Below, in pieces: positions 36,111 through 51,735 of a stretch of DNA of 64,000 nucleotides. Every line of letters begins with the position of its first letter. The stretch's first letter is position 1. The notes beneath the pieces are model-generated. The model ran no database searches, was not told where the DNA came from, and saw nothing but the letters and a program-made list of their open reading frames with translations. Origin of the DNA: Octopus sinensis (Eukaryota); the NCBI RefSeq assembly GCF_006345805.1, contig NC_043008.1, positions 51,150,001 through 51,214,000 on the forward strand, in the 5' to 3' direction. Both the position numbers and the translations under genes were made by a program.

Positions 36111-36907
36111 TTACATTTACATAGATATATGTATTTTTGTATATATGTACATATATACGCTTACCTGTACATATAAGCGTGTGTGTATGTACGTGTATAT
36201 ATATATATATATATAGGTATGTGCGTATATAAATACACATACAACCGTACTCTTTCCCTCTTTCTCTCCCTCTCTCTTTCTTTCTCTCTCACCCCTCCAC
36301 ACACGCACACATACATGCATACATACTTACATACATACGCTCGCTTATACCCACACATGAAACATTTACACACACATATATACAGAAGCATATGCGAGCT
36401 TCACTCGCTTCTTAAGCAAAGAACAACAAAAATAAGCTGTTTTCACACACACACAGACACACACACACACTCAACACTATATACATATATGTGCGAGAGT
36501 TAAGTCTGTTTGCGTAAATATATACAATCAAATCTATACACACGTATTTATACATATTTATGCAGAAAGCAATATATACACACTGGAACACGAACAGAAT
36601 ATATATATATATATATATACTTACGAAAGAAGAGCCGAACACACGAACAAGCGTTGGTTAGCACGACCGAAACAAAGTTGGGAACATGAATATAAACAAC
36701 ACGACTCTTGGCTCTCGATGCATAAGAGAAAGACACACGCATGCGTACACAGACACATACACAATTGTCCAGGCTTACGTGAGTGCGTGCGTGCGTTCGT
36801 TCGGCCGTGCGCGTGTGCATATGTGCATACAGACAAATATATGTATATATATATTATGTTATATATGTACGCATATACATGCATTTGTGTATACACATAT
36901 AGTGTGG

Positions 36908-36938
<31 letters not shown>

Positions 36939-37259
36939 AATATATGTATATATATTATGTTATATATCTACGCATATACATGTATTTGTGTATACACATA
37001 TATATGTTGTGTATATACATATACACTATATATATATATATATATAATATATATATATATTTATATATAATTATATACATATATAGGTATATATATATAT
37101 GCGTATGTGTGTCTGTGTAATACATATACATGTATATATATTATACACACACTCACACGCACACACACACGCACACACACACGCATACACACACATACAT
37201 ATTTGTATTTATGTTTATTTTTTTCTTCTTTCATTCATTTATTTTTTAACTTTGCTTTA

Positions 37260-37905
37260 TTCATTTAGTCAGCGGCCAAGTTGGAGCACCACCTTTAATT
37301 TTTAGTCCAAGGAATCAACCCCAGAAGCTGTAATATTTTCTATATCGGACTCTTTTTTTTACTGTATCGGACCCTTTTTGTAAAACCGCTACGTTACGGG
37401 AACGCGAACGCACCAGCACCTGTTGTCAATAGGTGTTGAGGGGACAAACAGAGGCAGAAAAACACATACCCTTATACATACGCACGCACACACATACATA
37501 CACACACACACACACACTCACACACACATGTCCTAATGATCTCGGGCCATTACATGTACTTCAAAACAGTACATTTATCCACCTTTCTTCCTCGATTTCA
37601 TTATAAATGTATGTGCGTATAAAATAGATGTCTGTTTATACACCCTCGATTATACACATCCTTTACTATGGAGAATAGGCACGTACGGATTCACATCGTT
37701 GCCACACATTCATAAATACACATATATGTATAAATACATCCATGGCTGCGTGGTACGTAGCTTGCTTACCAACCACATAGTTCCAGGTTCAGTCCCACTG
37801 CTTGGCACCTTGGGCAAGTGTCTTCTACTATAGCCTCTAGCCGAATAAAGACTTGTGAGTGGATTTAGTGGGCGGAAACTGAAATAAAAAAGCCTGTCGT
37901 ATATA

Positions 37906-37954
<49 letters not shown>

Positions 37955-38454
37955 CTGTATATATGTATGTATGTATATATGTATATATGTATGTATGTAT
38001 CTATGTATATATGTATGTATATATGCATGTATGTGTGTATGTATGTATATATGCATGTATGTGTGTATGTAAGTATATATGTATGTGTGCGCATGTATTT
38101 CTGTGATTGTCCCCAACATCGCCTGACAACCGATGCTTGTGTGTTTACGTCCCCGTAAATTAGCAGTAGAATAAATACTAGGCTTACAAAGAATAAGTCC
38201 CAGGATCGATTCGCTCGACTAAAGGCGGTACTCCAGCATCGTCACGGTCAAATGACTGTAACAAGTAAAAGAATATGAGTGTATATGTGTGTATATGAAT
38301 ATATAACTATACGTGTATGTATGTATGTAGGTATGTATGTATGTATGTTGTATGTATGTATGTATGTATGCATGTATGTATGTATGCATGTATGTATGTA
38401 TGTATGTATGTATGCATGTATGTATGTATGTACGTACGTATGTATGAATGTATG

Positions 38455-38503
<49 letters not shown>

Positions 38504-38649
38504 CTACGCAGGAGTAGGGTGTGTGGTAAGAACCTTGATTCCCAACGCGTGGCACCTTGGGCGTGTGCTTCTACAATAGCCTTAACCGGCCAAAGTCTTG
38601 TGGGTGTTTTGGCAAAAACGGAACTTGAAGAAGCCCGTCGATATATATT

Positions 38650-38680
<31 letters not shown>

Positions 38681-39356
38681 GTATATATATTATGTATATA
38701 TATATATTATATTGTGTGTGTGTGTGTGTGTGTGTATGGAGGTAATATATTATATATATATATTATTATATATATATTAATATCTATATATGTATATATG
38801 TTATTATGTATGTATGGTATATATTTGTGTGTCTGTTTGTGAAACCCCCTCCATCACTTTACAACAGATGTTGGTGTGTATATACGTCCCCGTAAATTAG
38901 CGGTTCGGCAAAATAGACCGATAGAATAAGTACTAGGCTTACAAAGAATAAGTACTGAGGTCGACAAAAGGCGGTGCTCCAGCATAGCAGCCCTTATATG
39001 AGTGAAACAAATAAAAGGATATATATATATATGTATATATACATCTTTTCTTTAAACTTTTTCATGTTTCAGTCATTACAATGTGACCATGCTGGGGCAC
39101 CGTCATGAAGAAGTTTTAATCCTATGAAATATGTGGTAAGTAGTTTGCTTGGGTAACCTTGGGTAACTGTATTCTACACTAGCCTTAGGCCCGACCAAAG
39201 CCTTGTGGGTGGATTGGTAGACGGAGTCTGAAAGAAGCCCGTCATATATATATATATATATATAGATATATATATATATATATCTATATATATATATATA
39301 TTCTATATATATATATGTGTGTGTGTATACACAACACGCAAACACACACCCACACC

Positions 39357-39388
<32 letters not shown>

Positions 39389-39790
39389 AATGTATGTGTG
39401 TGTATGTTTGTGTTTCTGTGTTTCCCCAACATCGCTTGACAACCGATGTTGTTGTGTTCACGTCCCGTAAATTAGCGGTTCGGCAAAAGAGGCCGATTCA
39501 ATAAGTACTAGGCTTACAAAGAATAAGTCCTGGCGTCAATTTGTTCGACTAAAGGCAGAACTTCAGCATGGCCGCAGTCAAATTACTGAAACAAATAAAA
39601 GAACAAAAGAATATATATATCTATACACGCACACGCACATATATATATATATATATATAAACATATGTACACACACATACATATATAGAGCTTCAACACA
39701 GTTTTCGTCAACTAAATCTACTCATAAGACTTTGGTCAGCCCCAGGCTGCAATAGAAGCTTGCTCAAGGTGCCACGCAGGGCAAATAGAT
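37260..39790. mobile_element. Cluster of family B SINEs: plus-strand copies at about 37741-38273, 38506-39018 and 39130-39610; minus-strand fragments at about 37260-37460, 39060-39105 and 39690-39780
   Basis: Repeated head, CCCCGTAAATTAGCGGTTCGGCAAAA body and GACTGAAACAA.TAAAAG tail motifs. Confidence 0.85.
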
Positions 39791-39964
39791 AGACACGTTC
39801 AGATTTTTTTCCAGACGATCTTCAAGACACAGCAGTTTTCATACAATTTTCATCAAATTTTAATTCTAATTAATGGATTTTCGTTCAAATTGTAGGAAAG
39901 CCCAGCCATTTCAAACAGAGGGAAACGAGTCAGATAACATCATCTCCCTTATCTGATGGCTGCA

Positions 39965-40003
<39 letters not shown>

Positions 40004-40063
40004 GAAAAGCTTTCAGTATCTGTCTACCACTATGTGCGTATGCATATACGTACATATATACAT

Positions 40064-40100
<37 letters not shown>

Positions 40101-40744
40101 CACAACGAACTTATGTATATATACATATATATATACACATACATATACGTATGTATATGTATGTATGAATGAATGAATGATTGTACACATTCGGACAAAG
40201 GTTGACAGGCCGAAACTTCGAAATCACTACAACACTACATGTGTATGTGGTGTGTGTGTATGTGTGTGTGAGTGCGTGTGTGTGCGTGTGTGCGTGTGTG
40301 TGTGTATCAACCACCAAAATGATGAAAGGCAAAGTCGTTCTCGAGAGGATGTGAACTTCCAGGAGGAACAGAATCGGAAAAAATACAAGGATGTCTTGTA
40401 TTCTACACGTTGAAGACAGTGCCAATTCGCCATATTTGCAAAAAGGTTGAAAGAAGGGTGAGGAGATGTGGGGAAACACAAAATTGAAACCCTTTCAGCA
40501 GGAAAGGGGAACTGTGGTGGAAGGGGCTATCAATCATTTTCAGATAAAAACAACAAATTCCTTGAAATGCTTCTGGAACCTTCCAAGAACGGACTAGTGG
40601 AACGGAAATTAAGAACACAAAGCATATAAGTAGATGTTAGTGCAGTTATAGACAAGATAGGCACCACGGATAGAGCACAGAAGGGTGCATGCATGCATGC
40701 GCGAGTGTATGTGTGTGCGCGGGGATATATATAGGTTAATAGTC

Positions 40745-43055
<2,311 letters not shown>

Positions 43056-44716
43056 GAAATGCATTGTAAATTCTTCCACATTTGTTCATTCACGTTCCTG
43101 CTGCTCTTTCCTGCCAACGAAGTCTAAAATGACGGGCCGACAGTTATTACTTTCCCCTCAGAAACCAAGCAGCAAATTCTTTAGAGCTTCAGACTGAATG
43201 ATCTGCTGTATTTCTTCTCACTCTTTGATCATTGAGTTCAAAGCCTAGGTTATCATTAGCCTACGGAACACACCTAATCTTACAAATTCTTTGCGTTCCA
43301 AATTCAAATTCTTTGAAGGAGATCTTTGCCCTTCATTCTTTTGGGGGTCGATAAAAATAAGAACCGTTTTCAGACTGTGGATTAACCAAGTCTGTAAGAC
43401 TGGTGGACGAGGCGTCTTACTGTTGCACGGTTTTTATTCGTGATATCTAAGTGCTGTGTACAAGTCATACACCAGCTTATTTGGGCAGCAGAATTTATCC
43501 ATCACCTGTTTTAACATCAATAGCTGTTTCATTGGGTGGTTTTGGAGGGATCCTCTCTATTGCAATCGTTTGGTTTAGGGCATCCAACTTGAGAAAAACT
43601 TCTATTTCTCACACATAATTATCTCGCGTTGCTAGCAAAAGTTCCAAGGTCTCAGGCAATTTTCTGCCTAACAAGCAAGACAAGAATATTCTCGTTAGCT
43701 TATGACAATACACAAACATGAAAAGATGCCAGAGAGAATTATGCCCAAGGAGTTTGAAGGTAGTTCCCCTGCCAGGTCACAGTCGAGTGATAGAAGGAAA
43801 TAAATTGAAATAGGCTTTGCTTTTACATAAGCTTGCAACATACATACGTACATGCATACATACATACATACATACATACATACATACATACATACATACA
43901 TACATACATACATACATACATACTTACATGCATACATACATACATACAAGCATACATACATGGGATATGTAACACACTGCCTAAATATCAATCTTGAGAA
44001 ATTTGGCTCCTCACAACCAGAAAGGAGAAAGCTGATTCGAAGACTACAGATCTAATCTATCACTGGAACTGTACAAATCTGTAAAACTTTCCAGAAGTTT
44101 ATCATTTAAATATATATGAGCATGACTAGATATGCAACTATATGCATGAGAATACATAAATAAAGCCAAACATAGAAATTTGCATATATACAAACATGCA
44201 TATATACACACATACATACATACACACATACATACATACATGCATACATATATACATACATACATACATACATACATACAAAAAGATTCTGCTGTTGATG
44301 TTGAAATTCCAATAAAGTAGCCTTGGATCTAGGTTAGAAACCGGGTTTTTCTCTATTGGCAGGAAATCTTGAGATAGAACCGAACAATGACATACGTATA
44401 TATCTATATATGTGTGTGTGTGTAAATGCATTCATACACATACAACACATATATTTATATATACACAGACATATACATACATATACGTACATGTGGGTGT
44501 GTACGTGTGTGTGTGTGTGTGTACGTCGTCAGGAGTCTATAAGTCAAGAAAAATTGCACACATATATCTGTCAATACAATGGGTATATTAATCGAAGCGT
44601 ACAGTATTATATATCCATTAAGGCTGAGCTTACAGATTGGTTCCACACTAAAGGTTCAGCGGAGTGTTAGGTAACAATCTCATTATATATATGTGATGAT
44701 GTGTGTGTGTGTATGG

Positions 44717-44752
<36 letters not shown>

Positions 44753-44932
44753 TGTATGTATGTATGTATGTATATATGTATATGTATGTATGTATTATAT
44801 AAAATAATAAATCTTTGAGCGAGATATAAACAGTAGCTGCATGACATCGTGAAGTAAATTTGCCACCTAAATGTGACTAACCCTTAAGAGTTGATGCTAC
44901 TCTAGCTTGCAGCATATATATATGTATATGTA

Positions 44933-44981
<49 letters not shown>

Positions 44982-45398
44982 TATATATATTGTGTCTGTA
45001 TATATTGAAGATCGAGCAATTGATCCCAGTACTTTTTTTATATACTTATATTTTTTCTATTCGTCACTTTTGCCGAATCACGATTCTTTCAGTTTCCATT
45101 TCACTAATCCACTTTCAGGGCTATATATCATAGAAGATATTTTCCCATTAATTAGTAATCCCGAGACAGACCGGCTTCCGTTCAGGGTCAGCGGGGATAT
45201 ATATATACTCAACCCAGAATCAACGCTTATTTGCTCGGGAAGGACATTCGATCTTTTATTACAAACATAGACATGCAAATACACACGCTCGCACATCCCC
45301 AATATATATCTATATCTGTATCTGTACCTATATCTACACACACACACACACATACACATACATACACACACGCAGATATATATATATATATATATATA

Positions 45399-45465
45399 CA
45401 GGGGTGGTATAAATCGCTTTACCTATTTTCAATAATGATTATAATAAAGTGACTTATGGCCATCA

Positions 45466-45468
<3 letters not shown>
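45399..45468. mobile_element. 70-bp Tc1/mariner-type mini-MITE in (TA)n
   Basis: TA|CAGGGGTGGTATAAATCGCTTTA ... TAAAGTGACTTATGGCCATCACTG|TA: imperfect 23-24-bp TIRs with TA flanks. Confidence 0.65.
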
Positions 45469-45510
<42 letters not shown>

Positions 45511-45556
45511 ATATATATTATATATATATATATATATATACATATATATAAACATA

Positions 45557-46819
45557 CTGGGTGCGGTTAATATACTGTCGTCTAATTACGACAAAAATGT
45601 AAATAACACTGACATCTTATTTAAACAGATATATTTATCATAATTAGATAAATATATCATGAAATACTAAAGAGTAAGTTCATTGAATAACATCGCCATT
45701 GGCTTCAACCACGGCCTTCAGGTGAATTCGGAATCTCCTGCAACTCTTCTGGATGGTCTCTTTGTTTAAGTTGGTGAATGCTGCCATAAATCCTTGCCTT
45801 CAGTTCATCTTTGGTGTTACAAGCAGTTTTGTTGATCTCTCTTTATCAACTATGCCCCATACATTCAAACAAGGGGGTTGCAGTCTGGGGAGTTATGTAG
45901 CCAGATGTTAGGGGTCGCGTTGTCGCAGAAATTGTCTGACAGCCAGGATTGGATTCTCCTGGTTGTGTGGCATGATGCAGAGTCATCCAGCAGCCACACT
46001 CTTGACCCAAGGCAGCACTACCTCCTCTAGGCACTTGATGTAAGCCTCCGACTTGAGTTTGAAGCTATGTGAGAAGGTGAATGAAGGCATAACGTCGCCA
46101 TCACTAGTGATCACTCCGGACACCATGATGATGACAAGATGCTTGGTTTTATTACTCCTGGTACATGTTTGGGGGACACGGCAAGCCAACGGTCGTTCTG
46201 TGTGTTCACCATCTGATCCTGACAGAAATTTATGTCGTCTGAGAAAAACCAAATCATGTTCGGTTGGAAGGGATGCTTCAGCTTGTTCAAAAGCTTCACA
46301 CCATTGTCTTTTCTCTCGTCGTTGATGGCTTAAGGTAAAATTGTTCCTTTCTCATCTTGTATGAGGAATACCGAATATCTTCATTCACTACGTGCCTAAT
46401 AAGAAAGTTAAACATTCCCATGTCCCTGGCGGAATCGTTTCCAATCATGGCCTGGATCTCATCGACAAATTCAGGAGTTCTTTTCTCATCAGAACGGTCA
46501 GAGTTAGTTTTCCGAGCTGCCGTAACTTCTTAATCACCATTAGACTCATTCAACTCTTTCCAAATTCTCTGTACTGACCTCAGATTGACACCCAAACACT
46601 CTGAAATGTTCGTATTGGAGCTTCCGGCGCGAATATCAAGCAGCACAGCATGTCATTTCCAAATTTCTGGTAGAGTGGATTGAGTCATAGTAATGTTCTT
46701 CTCACAGATGGTGCCCAATCGACCCTGCTATGCTATGTACTCGACAAAATGAAAAACAAACAATTTGAATGCGCGAAATTAAAAATATAAAATGGTAACA
46801 ATTTATCCATCGCTCTTTG
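45557..46819 (-). mobile_element. Near full-length decayed maT (DD37D) Tc1/mariner transposon
   Basis: Frameshifted transposase segments KLLNKLKHP..WFFSDDINFCQDQMVNTQNDRWLA and IMVSGVITSDGDVMP..YIKCLEEVVLPWV, plus DSA and NSPDCNP motifs. Degenerate TIRs flanked by TA at both ends. Confidence 0.9.
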
Positions 46820-46862
46820 TATGTATGTATTTCTACATATACATAGATATATTTAATATATA

Positions 46863-48100
46863 CGAGGCGAAGTCAAATATTTTCCGCACTTTCACCAAAA
46901 CTTTCTTTAGGTTCGCTACACTACTCTCGGCGCTCGCGTGCTAAAAAGTGATAATCTTGTGGTTTCGCAATTGTAGTTTGTCTTGAACGTCCATATTTTA
47001 TTTTAGCTTGCGTTACAGAGTCAACATCACCTTTCCGCTGGCAGTAAGCACCAAGGCAAAACAGAGACCAATGTTCCAATTTCTTTGCTTTGAAGGTGAG
47101 TTGGCGGCTGAAATTCATTGAAGGCTTTCATTACAATACGGGGATTGCCCTCTACCCGCGTATGGGTGCGTATGAGTAGATCGTGACGTTAAAAATGTTT
47201 GCACATACGTGAAGGGAAAAATTCAAAAAGTTCGTGAGATGGTTTTAGCGACTGATGAGTGATCGTCGATGAGGTGCAAGTTAGTAATGGTTCCGCACTC
47301 GAAATCATCCAGCGCAATTCTGTGTCTGGTGAATGCTAGGAAGGCTTACTGAAGAGCACAAACGCGGTAGTGTGGAGATCTGTCAACGCTTACTCGAACG
47401 CTACAACAATAAATGCGAAGAATTTTTTTATGGGTGCTGGATAGAATAGTCACAGTAAATGAAACTTAGGTTCATCACTTTGAGCCAGAATCTTAAAGAC
47501 AGGATGTGGGGTGAAAATACTCTGAATCGCCAGCCTGCGTAAAATATATTCGAGACTGAAACGTCCGCAGAAAAATTATGATAGCCTTTCTTGGGGGATG
47601 CAAAATGGTTTATATTTGAACAGTACCTGGAACAGTGGTCTACAGTCACCAATACTGGTCAACAAACTGAAACCAACAATTTGCACCCATGGTCGAGGTT
47701 CGTATCAAAGGAAGTGTTATTGTTGTACGATAATGCACACTCACATACGGCCGCCAACACCGTAGAAACCATTGAAAAATTGCGTTTTAGTGTTGCTGGA
47801 GTACTCGACATAGCGTCTGGATTTCGCCCCTTACGACTATCACCTCTTTAGACGCTTAATCATTCTTTGTGAGGTCGTTGATTTGCGACGGACAAATAAG
47901 TGCAGGAAGCAGTGATTAAATGGTTCCGCAACCAACCGAAAACCTTCTTCACTGAAGAAATAAAAGAGCTTGGGATCGCTCGATGTCCTGCATCGGAAAT
48001 TAAAGAGACTAGTGTCGAAAAATGTTGTAATCGTTCAACCCCAAATCTTCTCTTCACAAATTACAGAAACGAGAGTGCATATAGCTTTTGACTTACTCTA
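46863..48100 (+). mobile_element. Near full-length decayed mariner (DD34D) transposon
   Basis: QRPMFQFLCFEGELAAEIH (HTH), VLLLYDNAHSHTA, DFAPYDYHL and VQEAVIKWFRNQPKTFF. TIRs CGAGGCGAAGTCAAATATTTTCCGCACTTTC and GAGAGTGCATATAGCTTTTGACTTACTCTA. Confidence 0.9.
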
Positions 48101-48165
48101 TTATAATCCTATACAAACATATATATTTATAATCATATATATAATATATAATATATAATCATATA

Positions 48166-48207
<42 letters not shown>

Positions 48208-48258
48208 CATACATACATACATACATACATGCATACATACATACATACATACATACAT

Positions 48259-48336
<78 letters not shown>

Positions 48337-48976
48337 TTATATATTAATAATATATGTCTATATATATATACATGAATAATATCTCTCTCTCTCTCTCTCA
48401 TCTCTATCTGTATATATATATATATATATATATATGATTTAAATAATCAGAAAATGGAGAAAGCTTTTGATCAACAAACGAAAATATTGGACCACATCTG
48501 TAGATTATTTTTTAATGCAAAACATGTCATAACATTTCTTACGGCCGTTTCTGCTTACAATGATTGTCGGTGTTTACGAAAGTATTTTGAAAATAATATT
48601 CGTCATCTTAGGACATTCGATCTAGTATATGGAGCTTCATCAGACTGAATAGAAACGCGTAAAATGAAAAAAATCTAAGAGAAGAGTGAATAGGAAAGGA
48701 CAGGGCCTCAAGGAGAGGCCAGAAGGCTCAGTATATTACCTGAACCCTACGAGCATAGTGTGCCTACATACTCATGCCCAGCGATAACACTGGTAACTGA
48801 TGCCGATAGTAAATACGGATATGTTTATCCCTTAGTCGGGTACTACAACCGCCAACTCTCCTTACCATATATATATATATGCATGCAGGGAGAGAGAGAG
48901 AGAGAAAGAGAGATGATATTTGCATGTGTGTCTGTGTGTCTGTGTGTGTGTCTGTGTGTGTGAGTGTGTGTGTGTG

Positions 48977-49021
<45 letters not shown>

Positions 49022-49974
49022 TGTGTGTGTATACTAATGTATTGGATATCATTTAAACCTACGAGTCGAGCAGAATTCAGTCGAGATGCTTCAATCAGTG
49101 AATAGGTGTTATGATGTCAAGTAACACTGTAAGTAAAGCTGTTAAATGAGTCAACACACACGCAGAGGTTTCTTAACTGAATGTCGGAAGAGGTGCAGAA
49201 ATGCTTTGATGTAAGTCTGTAGCTGCACCGTCTTGCTCTGCTGCACAACACTAATATATGGCTTATGCGGTACATTAGCATTTTTTAGGGTTTGCCACAG
49301 AAAGGGAGAGAAGTTTCTTATGAATCTTCTACGGAAATTCCTGAAACAGGTGAAGGAGTTCCTCATACCTACATACAAACATACATGCAAACATATAAAT
49401 ATATGTAGATTTGCATACACACAGAGAGATATGAGCCTCTGTGTGTGTGTATGTGTGTGCGCGCGTGTGTGTGTGTGAGGCGTGTCTGTGCACGTTCATG
49501 CTTGTGTGTGTGTGCGTGCGCGTGTAATATTTTCCATGTAAAAATTAGGAACTAAGTTTTCTATTAACAAGTATTAAGTAATCCTTCAGTTGAATGCTAA
49601 ACTATACATATACTCATGTTTTGAGTTCTATTTTTCCTGTTTGCATAACACACCGATGTGTGTGTATGTGTATGTCATTGAGCAGATTTATTTCAAGATT
49701 TTTTGCCAATAGAAAATGAGCCGGTTTCTAACCTAGATTCAAGTCTCCTTTATCATCAACAACAGGACATATTTGTATGCATGCATGTATGTATGTATGT
49801 ATGTATGTATGTATGTATGTATGTATGGTATGTATGTATGTATGTATGTATGTATGTATGCATGTATGTATGTATTTATTTATTTATTTATGTATGTATG
49901 TTTGTATGCATGTATGTACGTATGTAATTATGTAAGTGTATGCATATATGCATGTATGTGTGTGTGTGTAAGTG

Positions 49975-50009
<35 letters not shown>

Positions 50010-50519
50010 GTATATATATATCTGTGTGTGTGTGTTTGTGTGCATGTATGTATGTATATATGTGTATATGATGACTGTTGTTTTTCGCCATCGGAGAATA
50101 CCTCCCCGCTTTTGATGATGCGTTCATAACATGATTCGCCGATTTAAAGGTACTTCGGAATATCGCAGTGTTTCGACCTCGTTATGTGCGTTCTCAGACA
50201 ACGCTACCACATCGGACTGATAAATTTTACAAATGCACGAGCTCTTGTTTATAGAAATCAGCAAAGTATTTTCTCATGCGTAATGATGTCTACCGAATAG
50301 ATTATTATTCATATGGTACAAGCCGAACAGAGAGACTCCAAATAATAACGTTTTGGAGTCTCCTTATCAGATTCGTCGGTCCGGCGGGATAACTTTGAGT
50401 GAGGAGACACACAACGAGGTCGAAACATCACAATGTCACAAAGTCCCTTTAAACCGGCAAATAGCGCATGTTATGAACACACATCTTATGAAGGGAGAAA
50501 TGTACTCCGATAGATATAT

Positions 50520-50745
50520 GGTCAGCGACACTCTGACCGTGACTCTCCCAACTTTTCATAGTCTTTCACTCTACATTATATGTGTTTTTTTGTAAGACAA
50601 TAATGTGTAATTTGAGTGAGATTTAGTTTTATTTTCTGCTAGTTGAGTAATATGATCAGATACACTCCGGCCGTGACCCTCCCCACTTTTCATGATATTT
50701 TATTATAACTACATTATCTAGCGTCCCTATTCATTTTGAAGACAA
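50520..50745 (+). repeat. Two-copy degenerate tandem duplication (period about 135 bp) of a dispersed repeat
   Basis: ACACTC(T/C)G(A/G)CCGTGAC(T/C)CTCCC(A/C)ACTTTTCAT..CTACATTAT..AAGACAAT occurs at about 50528 and 50662. Confidence 0.7.
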
Positions 50746-51009
50746 TTGTTTCTAGTATAGGCACAAGGCCTGAAATTGCGGGGCGTTGTCCACTCGATTA
50801 CCTCGACTTACTTTATCGGCCCCGAAAGGGTAAAAGACAAAGCCAACCTTGACAAAATTTGGGCTGAGAGCATAAAAGCCGGATGAAATGCTGCTAAGCA
50901 TTTTATCCGGAGTGATACAATTATGTGCGTTTTAAGGGGGACCTGGTTGTTATTTTTAGCTAGTTCGGTGACTCCGTACAGTCTCGTTCCCTACTGGTGC
51001 AATGAAAGA

Positions 51010-51735
51010 GGTAGTTGTGGTGGTTGTGGTTGTGGCGGTGGTGATTGTGGTGGTGGTGGTTGTGGTAGTGGTGGTGTTGGTGGATTTGGCGGTAGTGATG
51101 GTGGTGGGGTAGTGATGACGGTATTGATGGTGTTGCTGGAGGTGGTAGTAGAAAAAGCGAAGAAATTAATTAAAACTGGTAGTAGTAGAAGTGGTAGTAG
51201 TAGTAATAGTAGTTAGTAGTAGTAGTAGTAGTAGTAGTAGTAGCAGCAGCAGCAGCAGCAGCAGCAGTAGCAGCAGCAGTGGCAGCAGTGAAGGTTGTTG
51301 TTGTTTTGGTGTTAGTAACGGTCGTGGTGATGGCAGTAGTAACGGTAGCGGTGGAATTTGTGGTAGTGATGGTTGTAGTGGCGGTGGTGGCGGAGATGAC
51401 GGTGATGGAGGCAATATTGGCGTTGCTCGTGGTAAGGATGGTGCTAATAGTAGTAGTGGTGGTAATGTTAGTGGTGGTAGTGTTGTTGTTGTTGATGGTG
51501 GTAGTGGTGGTAGTTATATTGGTAGTGTTGGCGTGGTGGTGGTTGTAGTGGCATAGAGGCTTCTAGACGAAAGTACTTCACTGTGTGACTCTCCTGATGA
51601 TGGTGATGACGAGATGAGAACCGAACTCGTGATAGCATCGGTGGTGGTGGTGGTGGTGGTGGTGACGATGGTGGTGGACCTGGTGGTGAGGTGGCAACTG
51701 CTGCCGCTGCTGCTGCCGCTGCTGCAACCACAGCT
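51010..51735. repeat. (GGT)/(AGT)/(AGC) trinucleotide low-complexity field
   Basis: Directly visible in the sequence. Confidence 0.9.
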
